In this document: positions 38,901 through 50,873 of the stretch, piece after piece
How positions within the stretch are numbered: position 1 is the stretch's first letter
Layout of the letters: each line of letters begins with the position of its first letter
Assembly: GCA_003693705.1 (NCBI GenBank)
Contig: RBZT01000672.1
Location: 1-64,000 of the forward strand
DNA length: 64,000 nt
Source: Polymyxa betae A26-41
Taxonomy: Eukaryota; Protista; Endomyxa: Phytomyxea
Direction: 5' to 3'
Made by a program: the position numbers and the translations under genes
Notes under the pieces: generated by a model
Database searches by the model: none
Told to the model about the DNA's origin: nothing
Seen by the model: only the letters and a program-made list of their open reading frames with translations

Positions 38901-39503
38901 CCGGTAGGATGGGTCTGGAATTAGAGATCGGCGACGTCGCCTAATTGGCGGCGTTATTTGTTGGAAAAGCGATTGTGGATCTATTAGCGCCCTCATCTTC
39001 CGTATAAGCTGGGCAGAGTCCGATCGTGGCAGTTTCATTACGGGACGAGGCGATACGCCATCATTCGCGATCTTGCCTCGAGCTGTATCATTTGGCTGAC
39101 ACCCTGGCGCGATTCGCGCCCCGACGTTAGAAGCTCGGGGAGAATCGGAAACAGCGACGACATTTTTTGGAATGGAGGATGGGCGAGGAGTGGAGGTTGG
39201 AAACTGCAATCCCCATGTTAACGATGTTGTGTTCTTATGATGTAGCCGCTCTGTTGCAGGAGAAGGGGCACCTTCTGTCTGGACAGAAGATGGGGCCGCG
39301 CGAGCTGTGGTCGCTCCAGGCACATTTCGTGACTGTTGAAGAGATAGGCGAGGGATCGGAATAGGCCGATGTAATACAGTAGCAACAATCGCATTCTGTA
39401 CGCACGAGTCGTCAATGGATTCTGGAGGATCGGGATTTGGAGAATACGGTGGTGGTGGTGGACGACGAGCTGAAAGCCTTTCGACATGCAGCCCAAGATT
39501 CAT
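35964..39503 (-). CDS. Axonemal dynein light-chain-domain, IQ-motif, coiled-coil protein
   Basis: DDLIRQV...AERGILL (p28/DNALI1-like motif), IQ motif ATRIQSLIRGRQSRR, long coiled coils; 4 exons. Confidence 0.7.
36008..36073 (-). repeat. 24-bp coding tandem repeat (ISRQASIS, about 3 copies)
   Basis: tgcctcgagat.gatattgaagcc repeated. Confidence 0.85.
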
Positions 39504-39613
39504 TCACGAATTTGTCATAAGCAATCTTTGTTGGTTGCAACACCAAGGAGCTCGGCTTAGCTGTACGCGAGAACGATCTTCGTATTAGATAGAAAACTCA
39601 CGCTAGATGTTTA

Positions 39614-41529
39614 TTATGATTGATCGGACGGCGCCGCTTCAGTGTTAGCAGGAGCAGCAGTATTGACAGGAAGCTCGACTTCCGACTCTGATTCTTTAAT
39701 ATACGGCAGTAAAAAGTCGTACAGCTCCTGTTCGTTCTGAGATGTTATCTGAAAATACCGAGGGGTCACTTGAAGTTACGCTGGAAACATTTCCTAACCT
39801 TAATAGAATTGATGGAGAACATTTGTTTGATCTCATTATAGGACTGTTCATCAGTGGAAGAGCAGATCAAATTAACAGCGATACCAGGACGACCGAATCT
39901 GCATACTTATTAATAAGCCTGGCAGTATTCACAAAACCAAAACAAACCTTCCGGCACGTCCCGTTCGATGATAGTAAGATTCGTGGAGGGAAACACCGCG
40001 AATGTTAGGAATATCGTAGTTGACAACGCATGCGACTTCAGGGACGTCGAATCCACGGTTTAGAAGATCGGTAGTCACTAAAACAGATGTCTCCAGTCTG
40101 CGGAACTTCTCTACAACTGCATCACTATGTGCAATTTAGCCGATGAAACACATAAAGCATAAAAATGATCGATACCGTTCTTCAACAGTGACTTCACCGT
40201 GAATCAATGACGCCTTGTAGCCTTTAGCCTCGAGTTGCATGGCCAAATCAGTTGCATTGCGTCGCGTGTTAACGAAGATAATGGATTGACCGATGTTCAT
40301 AATCTTAAATAGGGCACACATAATGCCGAATTTGAAGGCTGGCGTCGAGCATGGAATTTCAAAATGCTTAATGTGAGGCAGGGTAAGGTTTTTGACACTG
40401 ACAGTGATTTTGAAAGGGTTTGGAGAAGCAATCTGTGAAAGTTAAGCAGCAATGTTGTTAAATACGAATAAATCGGAACCTTCATGGCGTATTCCCGTAC
40501 ACTTGGAGGGAACGTAGCCGAGAACAACATGATATGACATCCTCGTAGATAAGAAACAATCTTGCTGGTGTCAACTCCTAAGCCGGATATTTGCCTAAAT
40601 CGCATATTGAATAATCCATTTCCTCTTCACGTTTTAAAATCGTACGATCCGGATTCGTTTAATTTGATCATTTCATCAGCTTCGTCGATGACACAAGTCT
40701 TAATATTGGACAGATTCAACACTTTAGAACGAATTAATTTCATCAACGATCCAGGTGGACCTAATTGAACATGAAAAACAGGCAACTCTAAGTGTTATAA
40801 AGGCTAAACCAATAATGACATGCTGATGTAATTCGGTGACATTGGAGACAGTGTCTGGAAGCGCCGTGAAGACCTGAACGCTTGTGAACTGAGCTAAGTG
40901 TTTAGTAACTTCAGCGTTCTGCTTTGATAGTTCACTGAAGGCAAATTAAGAAGGAAAGGCAGCTTCATGTAAGCATTCTTACCGAGTTGGACAAATAACA
41001 ATAGCTTGTGGAATGTTTCGGGATTGATCAACGCGGTTCAACACAGCCAAAACGAAGGCGGCTGTCTTGCCGGTTCCCGCTGGTGCCTGCGCGATCAAAT
41101 TCTGGGGACTACATAAAGGCTATTGGAATCGATGGCGTTTGATCAGAATAAAACCTCACTTATCAACGAGAAGATGGGGAAGAGCTTTTGATTGAATCGG
41201 AGAAGGAATGGTCCAGTTCATAGCATGTACACCTCGTAATAGTTCCTTTTTTCTGGTAAAATTTGAGCAGATATAATTGGCAAATACGGCTGTTTTACAA
41301 AGGAAGAGCTTCAAAAGTTTCAGATGGCTTGAAATCATGAGTGGCATCGGATAAACGAACTTGTTGACGTCGAATGTGCGATAACGATGAGTTCGAGTCT
41401 ATAAAATTGGGTTAGGTGAATGGATGACTACTACTCGGTTCGTTGGCGTCGGATACCATCGGCTCGGGCCGGGCCCTGATCGTTTGACGGCGGCAGCGCG
41501 CCATTGACGGGTTCTACAGTAGCAGCCAT
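39614..41529 (-). CDS. DBP5: DEAD-box RNA helicase Dbp5/DDX19
   Basis: PSPIQSKALP, NLIAQAPAGTGKTAAF, DEADEMI, FSAT, IGQSIIFVNTR, spliced HRTGRAGRFGR. Confidence 0.88.
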
Positions 41530-42100
41530 GACGGAGGAAGGACCGGTCGTCGAACGGAGCTGATGGCAATTCAACTGACTGAATAGATAAAACGACGACT
41601 AAGGAATGTCAGCGAGAACTTTCAACTAAAGCACGGACTGCGTCCTGTTACAAATGATCCTGTTAGAAATGACCCCATTGGCACATTGATCCCACACTGA
41701 CAACAGAAAGCATCATTGTTCAGTCGCTGGCTCGCAGTCAAACAGCCGCCTCTTCTATGCATATCAGTTTTGTATTATACAAATTGTTATGAACATGGCA
41801 ACCCTGGCCATCTACGAGCTTGCAAACAAATTTGAAAGTACAAAACCATAAATTTGTCCAAAAAAAACCACCTTTGTTTTGTGACAGCTAATCCAGGCCA
41901 TGCAAACGGGTTTTTCGCAGATGCTATGCTAGGCAATTATTGATGCTGAATCCATCAGAAGGTTCAATGAAGTTTGATAATGTAGCTCCAGAGAGCATTA
42001 GCGAAGTGGGCTTTTAGAGTATCCGATCAAGAGACTTTCTACGATACCAAAAGCGAGACATTGTTACAAGAAATGAAAGGTGTATTGATCAAAAAAAAGC

Positions 42101-43368
42101 TTACTCATCATCTTCGTCATCCTCATCACTTTCTGCAGCTTTAAGCCAATCGACAAAGACTTTGCCACGCTGACGCATCTCGTCACGATCAAAATCATTG
42201 ATACCAGACGAAGTATTAACAGAAGAATCGTGCCAATCGATAAGAACGTCCTCACTAATGACATCGTTTTCATACAAGGATTGAAGAACGAGTGCAGTTC
42301 GTGGAATCAAATTCGAAGGATCCGAGCATATCATCTGTTCGAAACCGGAAAACAGACTCTGTTCTTCAGCACGGTTCTTGGCGTAATGACGCAGCAACGG
42401 CGCATGCTTCTTGATTTGTGCAGGCAACGAACGAGGATCCGATGTGTCAAGAAGGGCAAATAGCAAGATACCCATCTTCTGGACGGTAGTTAAGCCTCGA
42501 GAAAGCTCCAATCGACGTAACTCGGAGACGATTTCTTGATCAGTTCGCTCTCCATTGTTGACGAACGCGCGGAGGATTTCTTCAGCAGAAGCATTGGCAG
42601 CGACGTTCTGATTGAGCTGGACGGATTCGATTAGCTTCTCAATATCGGCAGCTTTATCGCCGTTGATGGCGCGATCTTCTTGCATACGAGCTTCACAAGC
42701 TGCTGCTGACGTATCGGTGTACCAAACTTCAGTCTGGGCGTCTTGAGCTGGAGGACTGACGGCATCCTCAGCTTTAACACCATCGCGTTCTTCGTCCTTA
42801 GATTTCTTGCTACGTTTCTCCTTCTTTTTATCCTTATCCTTGTCGCTCTTATCGTTGGAAGACTTCTTCGATTTGCTCGGAGGATTCTTGATGATATAAA
42901 CTGAAAGTTTGTGAGTGTCACCAACACTTGCTTGATGGCCGCAGGCAGCACAATCTGCACGAATCTGTCCTTTTTTGACTTTCAGTCGAATCTCTGGCAG
43001 CCGGCAAGATACACTCGGGCACAAAACATAAGTCTCAATGAACTTCTCCAATACCCCCTCGATAACGGAAGTATCATGGGATCCATTAACGACTAAAACA
43101 TGCTTAGCATTTGCGTGAGAAAATGGAGAAATATGAGCTTACTGGCAACTTGCCGAGCCTCGTCGTATTTGGACTGTGCCCCAAGTTCAATTCCGAAGAA
43201 CTTCGTGGGATACGAAGGAGTCATTTTTAAAGCGTTAGCGACATCGAGCATATTGGGAATGACGGTCTTGATACCATTACCACGCCCTTCGATCTTCGTC
43301 GTGCATCGTGGACGCTTGTATCGATACGAGCGATCGTTGGGATCTCCACCGATGTTGATCTCGGCCAT
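42101..43368 (-). CDS. EIF5: Eukaryotic translation initiation factor 5
   Basis: YRYKRP..KIEGRGNGIKT, KFFGIELGAQ, zinc finger C..C/CAACG, C-terminal W2 domain. Confidence 0.96.
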
Positions 43369-43819
43369 GATGAACACGAATCAGTGATAATAGAATTAGG
43401 TAAGAAACTGGCTTTGATCGAAGAGGCAAGACTAATTAACGTGACAGACTTTCGAAGCTTGTGTCTATCAATATAACTTTCATCAAGTGACGAGTCGAAC
43501 ATGCACGTGTGAATGCTGTTCAGAGCTGGATTAGAGGACAGCAGAAGGAGCAGGGAGCGAGAGTGGACACGACAACACAGGATCCGATCAGGGTCCAGAC
43601 GAAAGCGCGACTATTGGACGAGGCCTGGAGTGGTGAGGATTAGAAGCACAAGTCCGGAGGCGGACTTGGAGCGCAGTAAAAGAGAATAGATAGGGAACGC
43701 AACCCACTGGTACCGTCAGCAATATTGGGAAACCGCACAATTTTCTCAGTAAATCTTTGGAAGCACGCGCAGCCCTCCATTGTTTCACTGTCGCGCAGAA
43801 AACGATTGTTTGACTGTAG

Positions 43820-44446
43820 GTGGGAACTGGTGCTGCCGTGCGGGGTTCCGGATCCATTGCTTGTCGTCTTGATACTTTACGTTCATCAACAGCGATGCCG
43901 ACTCCAGCATCGTAGCCGCATTTTTTTTGACAGCAAAGGTACGCTCGATTCCGGACTCTTTCTCATTTCAAGCTAAAAATGGTGAGAACTCCGAACGCTT
44001 TTTGTTCACCATTTGCTGTTTATTGTTTATATAAAATTGTATTCCATGACCCACTCGCTTTAACCAGTAGTGAACGGAGCGTTGAGAACGAATAATTGGG
44101 AGGCTCTTCCATCTCCTTATGTGACGTTTGAAGCGATGATCGAAGCTATATATGAATAATTTCACCCGTGCCAGGGACTTCAAGGTATTCCGGAGGACTT
44201 TTTCGATGGGCGAATCAAGAGCCCTGGAATGCTTCTCACTGCGTGGATGGTTTTACAGCTCCACGGGAAAGGGATCGTACCTGAAATGTTCAGGGTCCAT
44301 ATCACGTATAATTTCCTACAATAAGCTCTCCTATGTTGCATGCAATCGATTGTAGGCTACGGACGATTATGAGGAACAAACGTATACCATACGGGATATT
44401 GCGAGCTCAAAAAACTTCTTCTGTGTTGTCCTTCTCGATAAGTAGG
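43820..44446 (+). CDS. Possible small multi-exon gene of unknown function (start not resolved)
   Basis: Consecutive GT-AG-bounded segments join in frame (...NWEALPSPY-GLQGIPEDFFDGR...EMFR-ATDDYEEQTY...VLLDK*). No family recognised. Confidence 0.3.
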
Positions 44447-44985
44447 CGATGCAGTTGTTGTCAACTGAATTCTGTATTAGATAGATCAGCTAAAGTCGGA
44501 GGTTAGCTCGGACGCCGGAGGGTTTCCAGTTCATCGGACAAGATTAACAGTCGGTTCATCATTATACTGCGTAAAGAACACAGTTTCTCCACCACAAACT
44601 GAGCTACCCTTAGTTCGATGCACAGGCTGACAGCAGTAGGAAACCGCAATGCATGCAGGCACTGCGCTGCTGAGCTGCTGTCTGGGGCTGCGCTCATGAC
44701 ACCGAAGGTTAAACAGCAAAGGGAACTGTCAAGATCCGAGAACACAGTAGTGATCGGTTTGCACTCTTATGTGGCTCTAAAGCCTCTATCTCCCAGGCAA
44801 AGCCAGAAATCAACTTTCAACTGTCGTGATTATCATTTTTTGGAGAAATTGACGGAAATCATTCCAAAAAATTGCGTCGATATCAGTTTTATTGTTCATG
44901 CAGGAATCGTTTGAAACAACTGGACTAGAATATCGTAATGGCATATCCAAATGTTGAAATGCCATCAATTGCTGGATTAGCGGTT

Positions 44986-46439
44986 TTATTGTTTTCGATG
45001 ATTTTTGGGTTTTACTTTCAATGTTAAAGAATGTTTCGATATGGCGCTAGAATTGTTTTCAAGTCGCCAATCAAACTTTCGAATCATTTCGTTTAGTACA
45101 AGCTTTACGAAAAGCCTACCCAGTTCAGCGCCAACGCAATCACGTGGTCCAGCACCGAAAGATGCAACTTCCAGATTCCTGGGCGCGTTCTCTTTTGAGT
45201 GCCAACGTTCTAGCGAGAAGTTGTCGTCATGCTGCGAAAACATCGTGGACATTGCGTCTAATCCAACGAAGACCTGCCATTCTGAAACATATGAATTGCT
45301 CTATTTCCAGCTGTCGTGATTCATACTTGCGGGAACTTCAATTTTAGTCGACGTAGAAAACGGAATCTTGACTACACGGCCGCTAATGGGGACAGTTGGA
45401 AACAAACGCATCGACTCCTTGACGGCTGCATTCAGCATTTGCTGCTGTTGGAGGACAGAATAGTCGGTTTCGCTGAAATCCTTTAGAAATGTTAATTCTT
45501 TAGCATCATTAGCCAACAACAGCAAACCTCCTGTTCTTCTCGTAGTTGGCTGACTATATCAGGACGTTTAGCTAACGTGTGAGCAGCAATACATATCGTG
45601 AACGATGTTGTTTCAAAACCGGCAAGATTTGCCAAAATGGTCTGCGATATGATTTGATCGTCGCTTAAGTTCCCATCGTTTAAGAATACTGACAATAAGC
45701 CTTCACCATGACCGCTTCTTCGTCGCTTTTGTATCTCATTATCAACGATCAGACGAAGTTGATCGCGTGCTTTTAGGGCTTTTCCAAAACTCGTCCAAGG
45801 GATGTCCAGTGGTAGAGAGAGCATCCCTTTGTTGAATGTCATAAAGAGCGAATATATTTCTTGTCGAAAAGTCTCGTTGTATTCTCCAAAGACGGCGAAT
45901 TGGCTTAATGTAAATACAATTTGCCGTATACGAGAGGCGACTTCGATTCCTGTATGGTAAGGCCAAGTCTCTAATTCCGCCCGAATCAACGGAATAGCGA
46001 TCTTGGTAATATTCTTTAGTGCTTCCGGTTTTGTCAGAAAATAAAATAATCGTCTATGCGCCTTGTGGACTTCACCATGTTGCGTCAATAAAGACCCTTC
46101 CATCAGTTTATGGACTGGCTGAATCAATTGCATGTCAACGATCTTTCCTTCCCCAAGAAGAACAAGTTTAACATCCGATACGCTACTCAAAAAGATGGTA
46201 GGATATCCGAACAGATGCGTTCGAAATGTAGGTCCAAATCTAGCATGCCGCTGGCGAATGAACCCGCGGATGTCCATCACGAACTGTAATGTTTCGCCAA
46301 TGAACGGCCAGCCAGCGCTGCCTGGTGCCTGACATTGCAATCTCCAGTACCATTTCCATATGACATGGACTATGATGGCAGAAGCAACGATAAGCATCAA
46401 CATGGTGCAGACAGCAGTAAACGAAACGTTAGGCGTCAA
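44986..46439 (-). CDS. Cytochrome P450 (CYP26/CYP120/plant CYP85-clan-like); exact start uncertain
   Basis: TM anchor, PGSAGWPFIGETLQF, FRTHLFG.PT, I-helix AGFETT, ExxR (KESMR), heme motif FGAGPRDCVG. Confidence 0.93.
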
Positions 46440-47089
46440 CGCATCCCAAGTTCCAAACCCTAATGAGGGAGTGTTCAGTCACAAACGATGTAGGTAGGTA
46501 TCGTCATTTTTGTTAAAGTGATAACAGTGACTATCAAAGAGAGCGTATACGCGCGCATCAGGATTACTGCTGTGCTCAGTGCAAATACAACTACCGTGTA
46601 TAGCGAAGAATCAACCGCGTCGGGCGTATCCATTATGATATGTACACATGTAGCACGGGGTTTTGTAACGTAATACATTTTCGATCAACAATGGATGCTG
46701 CAACGCTACTTGGGGGCCATGAGACCCTTGCAGACATTGGGTTCTATGTGGTAGGGTTTATCGTACCTTATCAGTGGCCGCAACTGCTTTCAGAGCTTCT
46801 AGATAATCTCTATCTCTTTTAAGAAACAGTCAAATCGCGCATTCAAGATTTGTTTGTGTGCTGTGTGTTGTACGCTTCCGAATCTCACGAATACTGGAAT
46901 AGCATAGACCAAGTATGCACTTTACTTCTGAAATGGCTTGGTGGCGCGAAAGTGGCTACTTTGAGTCGTGAATGAATACCCCTAACACTGTCAAATATAA
47001 AACAGGCAAATGATAGATGATGCGACAAATGATACAGAGATATGCTGAAGCTATTTATCCATATTTTTAAAGTAGCAAGTTGCCTGACA

Positions 47090-48733
47090 CTAGAAGCATT
47101 TTCCTTGAATCGAAACCCCATTTGGAATGTATGGAGTCTCGACACCTGTTTTCACGTGCTTCATTCGAAATTCGAGCAGCGGTGACAAACCCTCAATCGT
47201 CGTTCTATTAGCTTGGTAGCCTAGCTTCTCATACGCCCTCGATATATCCACATTTCGATTCATGACATATGCGGTCATTGGCGAAGATCCCATTGCAATC
47301 ATTCCTGTGCTTGCAACGATTCTGCCATTCAGGCAAGTTAACAGTGTATATGGCTCTGGTGTTGAAGACACTTGCTTGATAGTGATCATAACATGGTCCT
47401 GGGTGAGGGCTGCTCCTATCTCTCCCACATTGAAAGGAGACTCTACATGTTGTATGGGCTTGGGAGGATCCACCTGCGGTGGGAGCGTCGCCACAGATGC
47501 TGGCGATGGTGGTGGCGTCGGTAAAGGAGCGGGAGCCGGGACCGGTGCAGGAATTTCAGTAGCCGGTGGTGCAGACGGTATTGGTATCTCTATCGCGTTC
47601 GTCACGGTATGATGCATGGGGTGCTCAGACGCTGGTGATAGCCCAATGACAAGATGAGCAGCTGCTTGCGACGGCGAAGTCGCCGAGTTCCGTTTCGATG
47701 GTATTCGTGCGATAATTGGATCCGACTCAGATGGGAGCGAGTACAAACCGGTATCTTCAAGAACCTTGAACTTTGAGGAGCCTTTTCGCTTGGCTACTGC
47801 AGCTTTCAAAGTTTTCTTCCATCGGCGGATTTCGTCAGGAGGGGTGCCTTGCATCCAGCCATCAAAATAGGTGAGGAGATCAGAAGCCGCGATCGAATAA
47901 GAGTTCAGCTCGATTGGCATTTCAACCACGTCCTCTGGGTAGACGTAATTGTCATGCACCAGCTGCCATTGGAAAAACAGTCGTTCTGTGTTCATATGTA
48001 GACTCCAGAACATCTGTGAAACATCTTATCATCGTCTCATTAAGACATATTGAGGTCTCTTACCGGATCGAACGCAGCTACATCGATATAAGCTAATACA
48101 CCTCCCAAAGTGGTATGTGCAAAATTGTGGCAATCTTCCAGCGCAGCAGTGAAATTTTTGAAATCATCCACAGCGAATGAGGCGTAATCTTCTTTCTCAG
48201 CGACCTGGACATGAGGGTATGGCATGGATGGAGTTCGTAGCGTAGTTGGCCCAGGATTATCGATCGTTCGAACATTCTCAGGTAGGAACACCGAATGTAA
48301 TGGATTCAGAAGCATCGTTCCATTTCGACCTTTATAGAGATCATCTGAAAATGCTGCAGGAATGGTTGGCTTTCGCCAATCCCAGTAGGGAATGGGGCAG
48401 CCAATAACCATTTCCATCACACTCACCTGAGATGTTCGAGATTAGAGTGTTTTGACTGACTACAGACGATTCACTCACATAGAACCGATGCCATAACAAG
48501 AAGGCGGGTGTGCCATGAACACAATAACCATTCGACTCTGGGTTCGACATGAGTGGCATTCCATGCCATCCGGCCACAGCATAGAACGAGCCATTATCTA
48601 GTGCTGCTTGAACGAGCTCGCGGTAAGATAGCAGTTCTTCTGGCGTTAATGATTCGATGCTCTTCCGTCTTGTTGGCGGTCCTGCTAGGCAGATACCACA
48701 GGTCAGGGCTACAATAAACCAGGATATCAGCAT
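47090..48733 (-). CDS. Secreted tyrosinase (type-3 copper) with Pro-rich linker and C-terminal domain
   Basis: Signal peptide; CuA HGMP..CVHG..FLLWHR; PYWDW; CuB HNFAH...AAFDP-MFWSLH; 3 exons. Confidence 0.93.
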
Positions 48734-48849
48734 TGTTCGAGGGGTTCAAACTTCAATAACTCTTTCCGAAAGATCGCTTGACATATCGAGACACGCCCTC
48801 GCCGTTTCGGATTGACTCACCCGCATCGCTCTCAGTCCAACAACGGTAG

Positions 48850-49780
48850 TCAACATTCCGAGTGACGTCTGCGAAATTGGTATATAAACGCTGTATTAAG
48901 AGTTTCCAATAAGTGACGATTGATGAGTAATGACCGTAGACAGAGCAAAGAGACAAGATTGTAGATCTTAGAACTCAAAGTATCATTATCAACTTCTTTA
49001 ATATTCTGAGCGAGCAAACAGTTCAAATAAGCAGAATTCTTTGAATTTTTTTTATGTTTTTTTGAATGCTTATGATGAATGGGTCTAAATCTGAAACTTT
49101 GGCAGGCAAACGACTGAAACATCAAACGTCTACCCCAATAAATAGTTCAAAACAATTGTTGAAATGTTGGGGAGACAGAGACAAAATCTGTTTCAATACA
49201 CTTGATTTCCCGCATTGATATGTGAATGGAGGATGGATGCGGTCCATCATTGCTTGATGATATCTCGCTGAACGTGAGTGATTCCGATGAATTGACAGAA
49301 ACTGGTTGATGGTCTTGTCTTTGTCTGGGCCGGTACGAACCACAGATCCCGTCATACCGTCCCTTGAATCTCCATGGTTCTTCGTTCTTCTTTGTTCCTT
49401 GGCATGTATCGTCTTATCGTTCGCATGGAGTGTGTTGCCAGCAGAAGTCAGTTTCTTGTTCTCTCTGCATCTTGTTACTTTTGGCAGTGACGTCTAAACA
49501 ACGTTTTTCACTGGGTTCTAAACTCGGGATTATCAACGACGACATCACCATCAAGGTCAGCGTCATCCACAATGAAAAAAAATCTGAAACAACAGAAACA
49601 TAGTCATCGTCATCAGAATACTCAACAATCAAAGAACATCTGATAATTGAATAGGAATTATTGAATAGGAATAAAAAATAAAATTATTGGCAATCAAATT
49701 TTTAATGAACTCAGTAAACTAAAATTAAAACTTGAAGAGTTATTTATCATGTTAAGAAAGTTGAATTAAGGCGTTAGTTC
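48850..49780 (-). pseudogene. Decayed ORF fragments with AT-rich flank, possible transposon relic
   Basis: Successive minus-strand ORF pieces in shifting frames without clear splice signals; 49620-49780 is strongly AT-rich. Confidence 0.25.
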
Positions 49781-49979
49781 ACGTCGTTAGAAGCCATTTA
49801 GCGACCTTGATTGTTATCTTGAAGATCCTCAAATGGTCAGTAATCGTGACGGGTGAACAGACTATCGAATGGGAGGAAAACTAAAACAAAGAAAAAAGTT
49901 TTGCGCTGCCTCGGGGGCGTAGATAGTAGATACTTCGTACACCTCACATAGCTGCCTGTTGTTGGGCCAAGAGCAAATC

Positions 49980-50793
49980 ATGGATTCAGGTTAAACTTGC
50001 TATTCATCTTCTCTGTTCCGGCTTATTGGTCGTGTTCTAGAGAGTGATGCTGCGACGTCGGCACAGCAGTCCGAAGAATCATCAAGGCTTGAGGTAGTCA
50101 GGCGTGTGTCGTCTCCAGAGACGAATCGCCGCTCTACGATCGAAATCGCAGACCATGAGAAGAACGACGTCAGTGATGATTCCACAGATGACGATGTTCC
50201 TATCATGTCGCTGAAACGTTCTAGAGAACCTGAAAATCCTTCCAATGAAGAATCTGGTTTGATTGCTTGCTAAAATGTGCATATTCAACTAATATCTGTT
50301 ATCAGGAACCGTTGTTAAAACAGCCTCTCAGAAAAGAAAGTTGAAGTTCAGAGCGCTGTCACCAAACTGGAAGACGGAATTCTATGAAGGTCGTTATCAT
50401 GAAGCGAGGCTGAAAGAACTCTATGCCATTTCCTTAACTGGCCAGATCGAGTATTTTCGATATTTCTTCGATCGTCAGAAAAGCCATGGGCGGCCATTTC
50501 TTCCTGGGAATCGCCAACACGACGATATGCATTATCTGGATCTGGCATTTACACGTCAATTGCCGGTTCAGTTAGATCAGCTAATACCCGGATTAGAGAT
50601 ACAAGAAGAGATTCGAATACGTGCAAGCGATCTTGCCTATCTGTTCGCTGAGCAGCGTAATTCGTCGGTTGACAATTTTTTAGCAAAATTCGATTATGGG
50701 GCGCTATTAGCATTGGGTCTGCTTATTCGCGAATATGCCAAAGATCTTATTCATCCTATTTTACATGATCTATTCTATAAACCTGTACGATGA
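49980..50793 (+). CDS. Hypothetical protein with Rrn10-like (UAF) C-terminal motif
   Basis: Acidic N-terminal exons; C-terminal FDYGALLALGLLIREY resembles the recalled Rrn10 DE.ALLA.G.L.EE motif. Confidence 0.45.
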
Positions 50794-50873
50794 TGCACTT
50801 TACTTTTGAATTCTTTTTCGGAAAGGTACCGTGAATGGGCTGTACCTGATGATCGTCGTTCCGGTAAATAGAC

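Noticed and set aside
44480-44800. SRP, RNase P/MRP, U3 or telomerase RNA
   Set aside because: Diagnostic conserved boxes were not found by eye.
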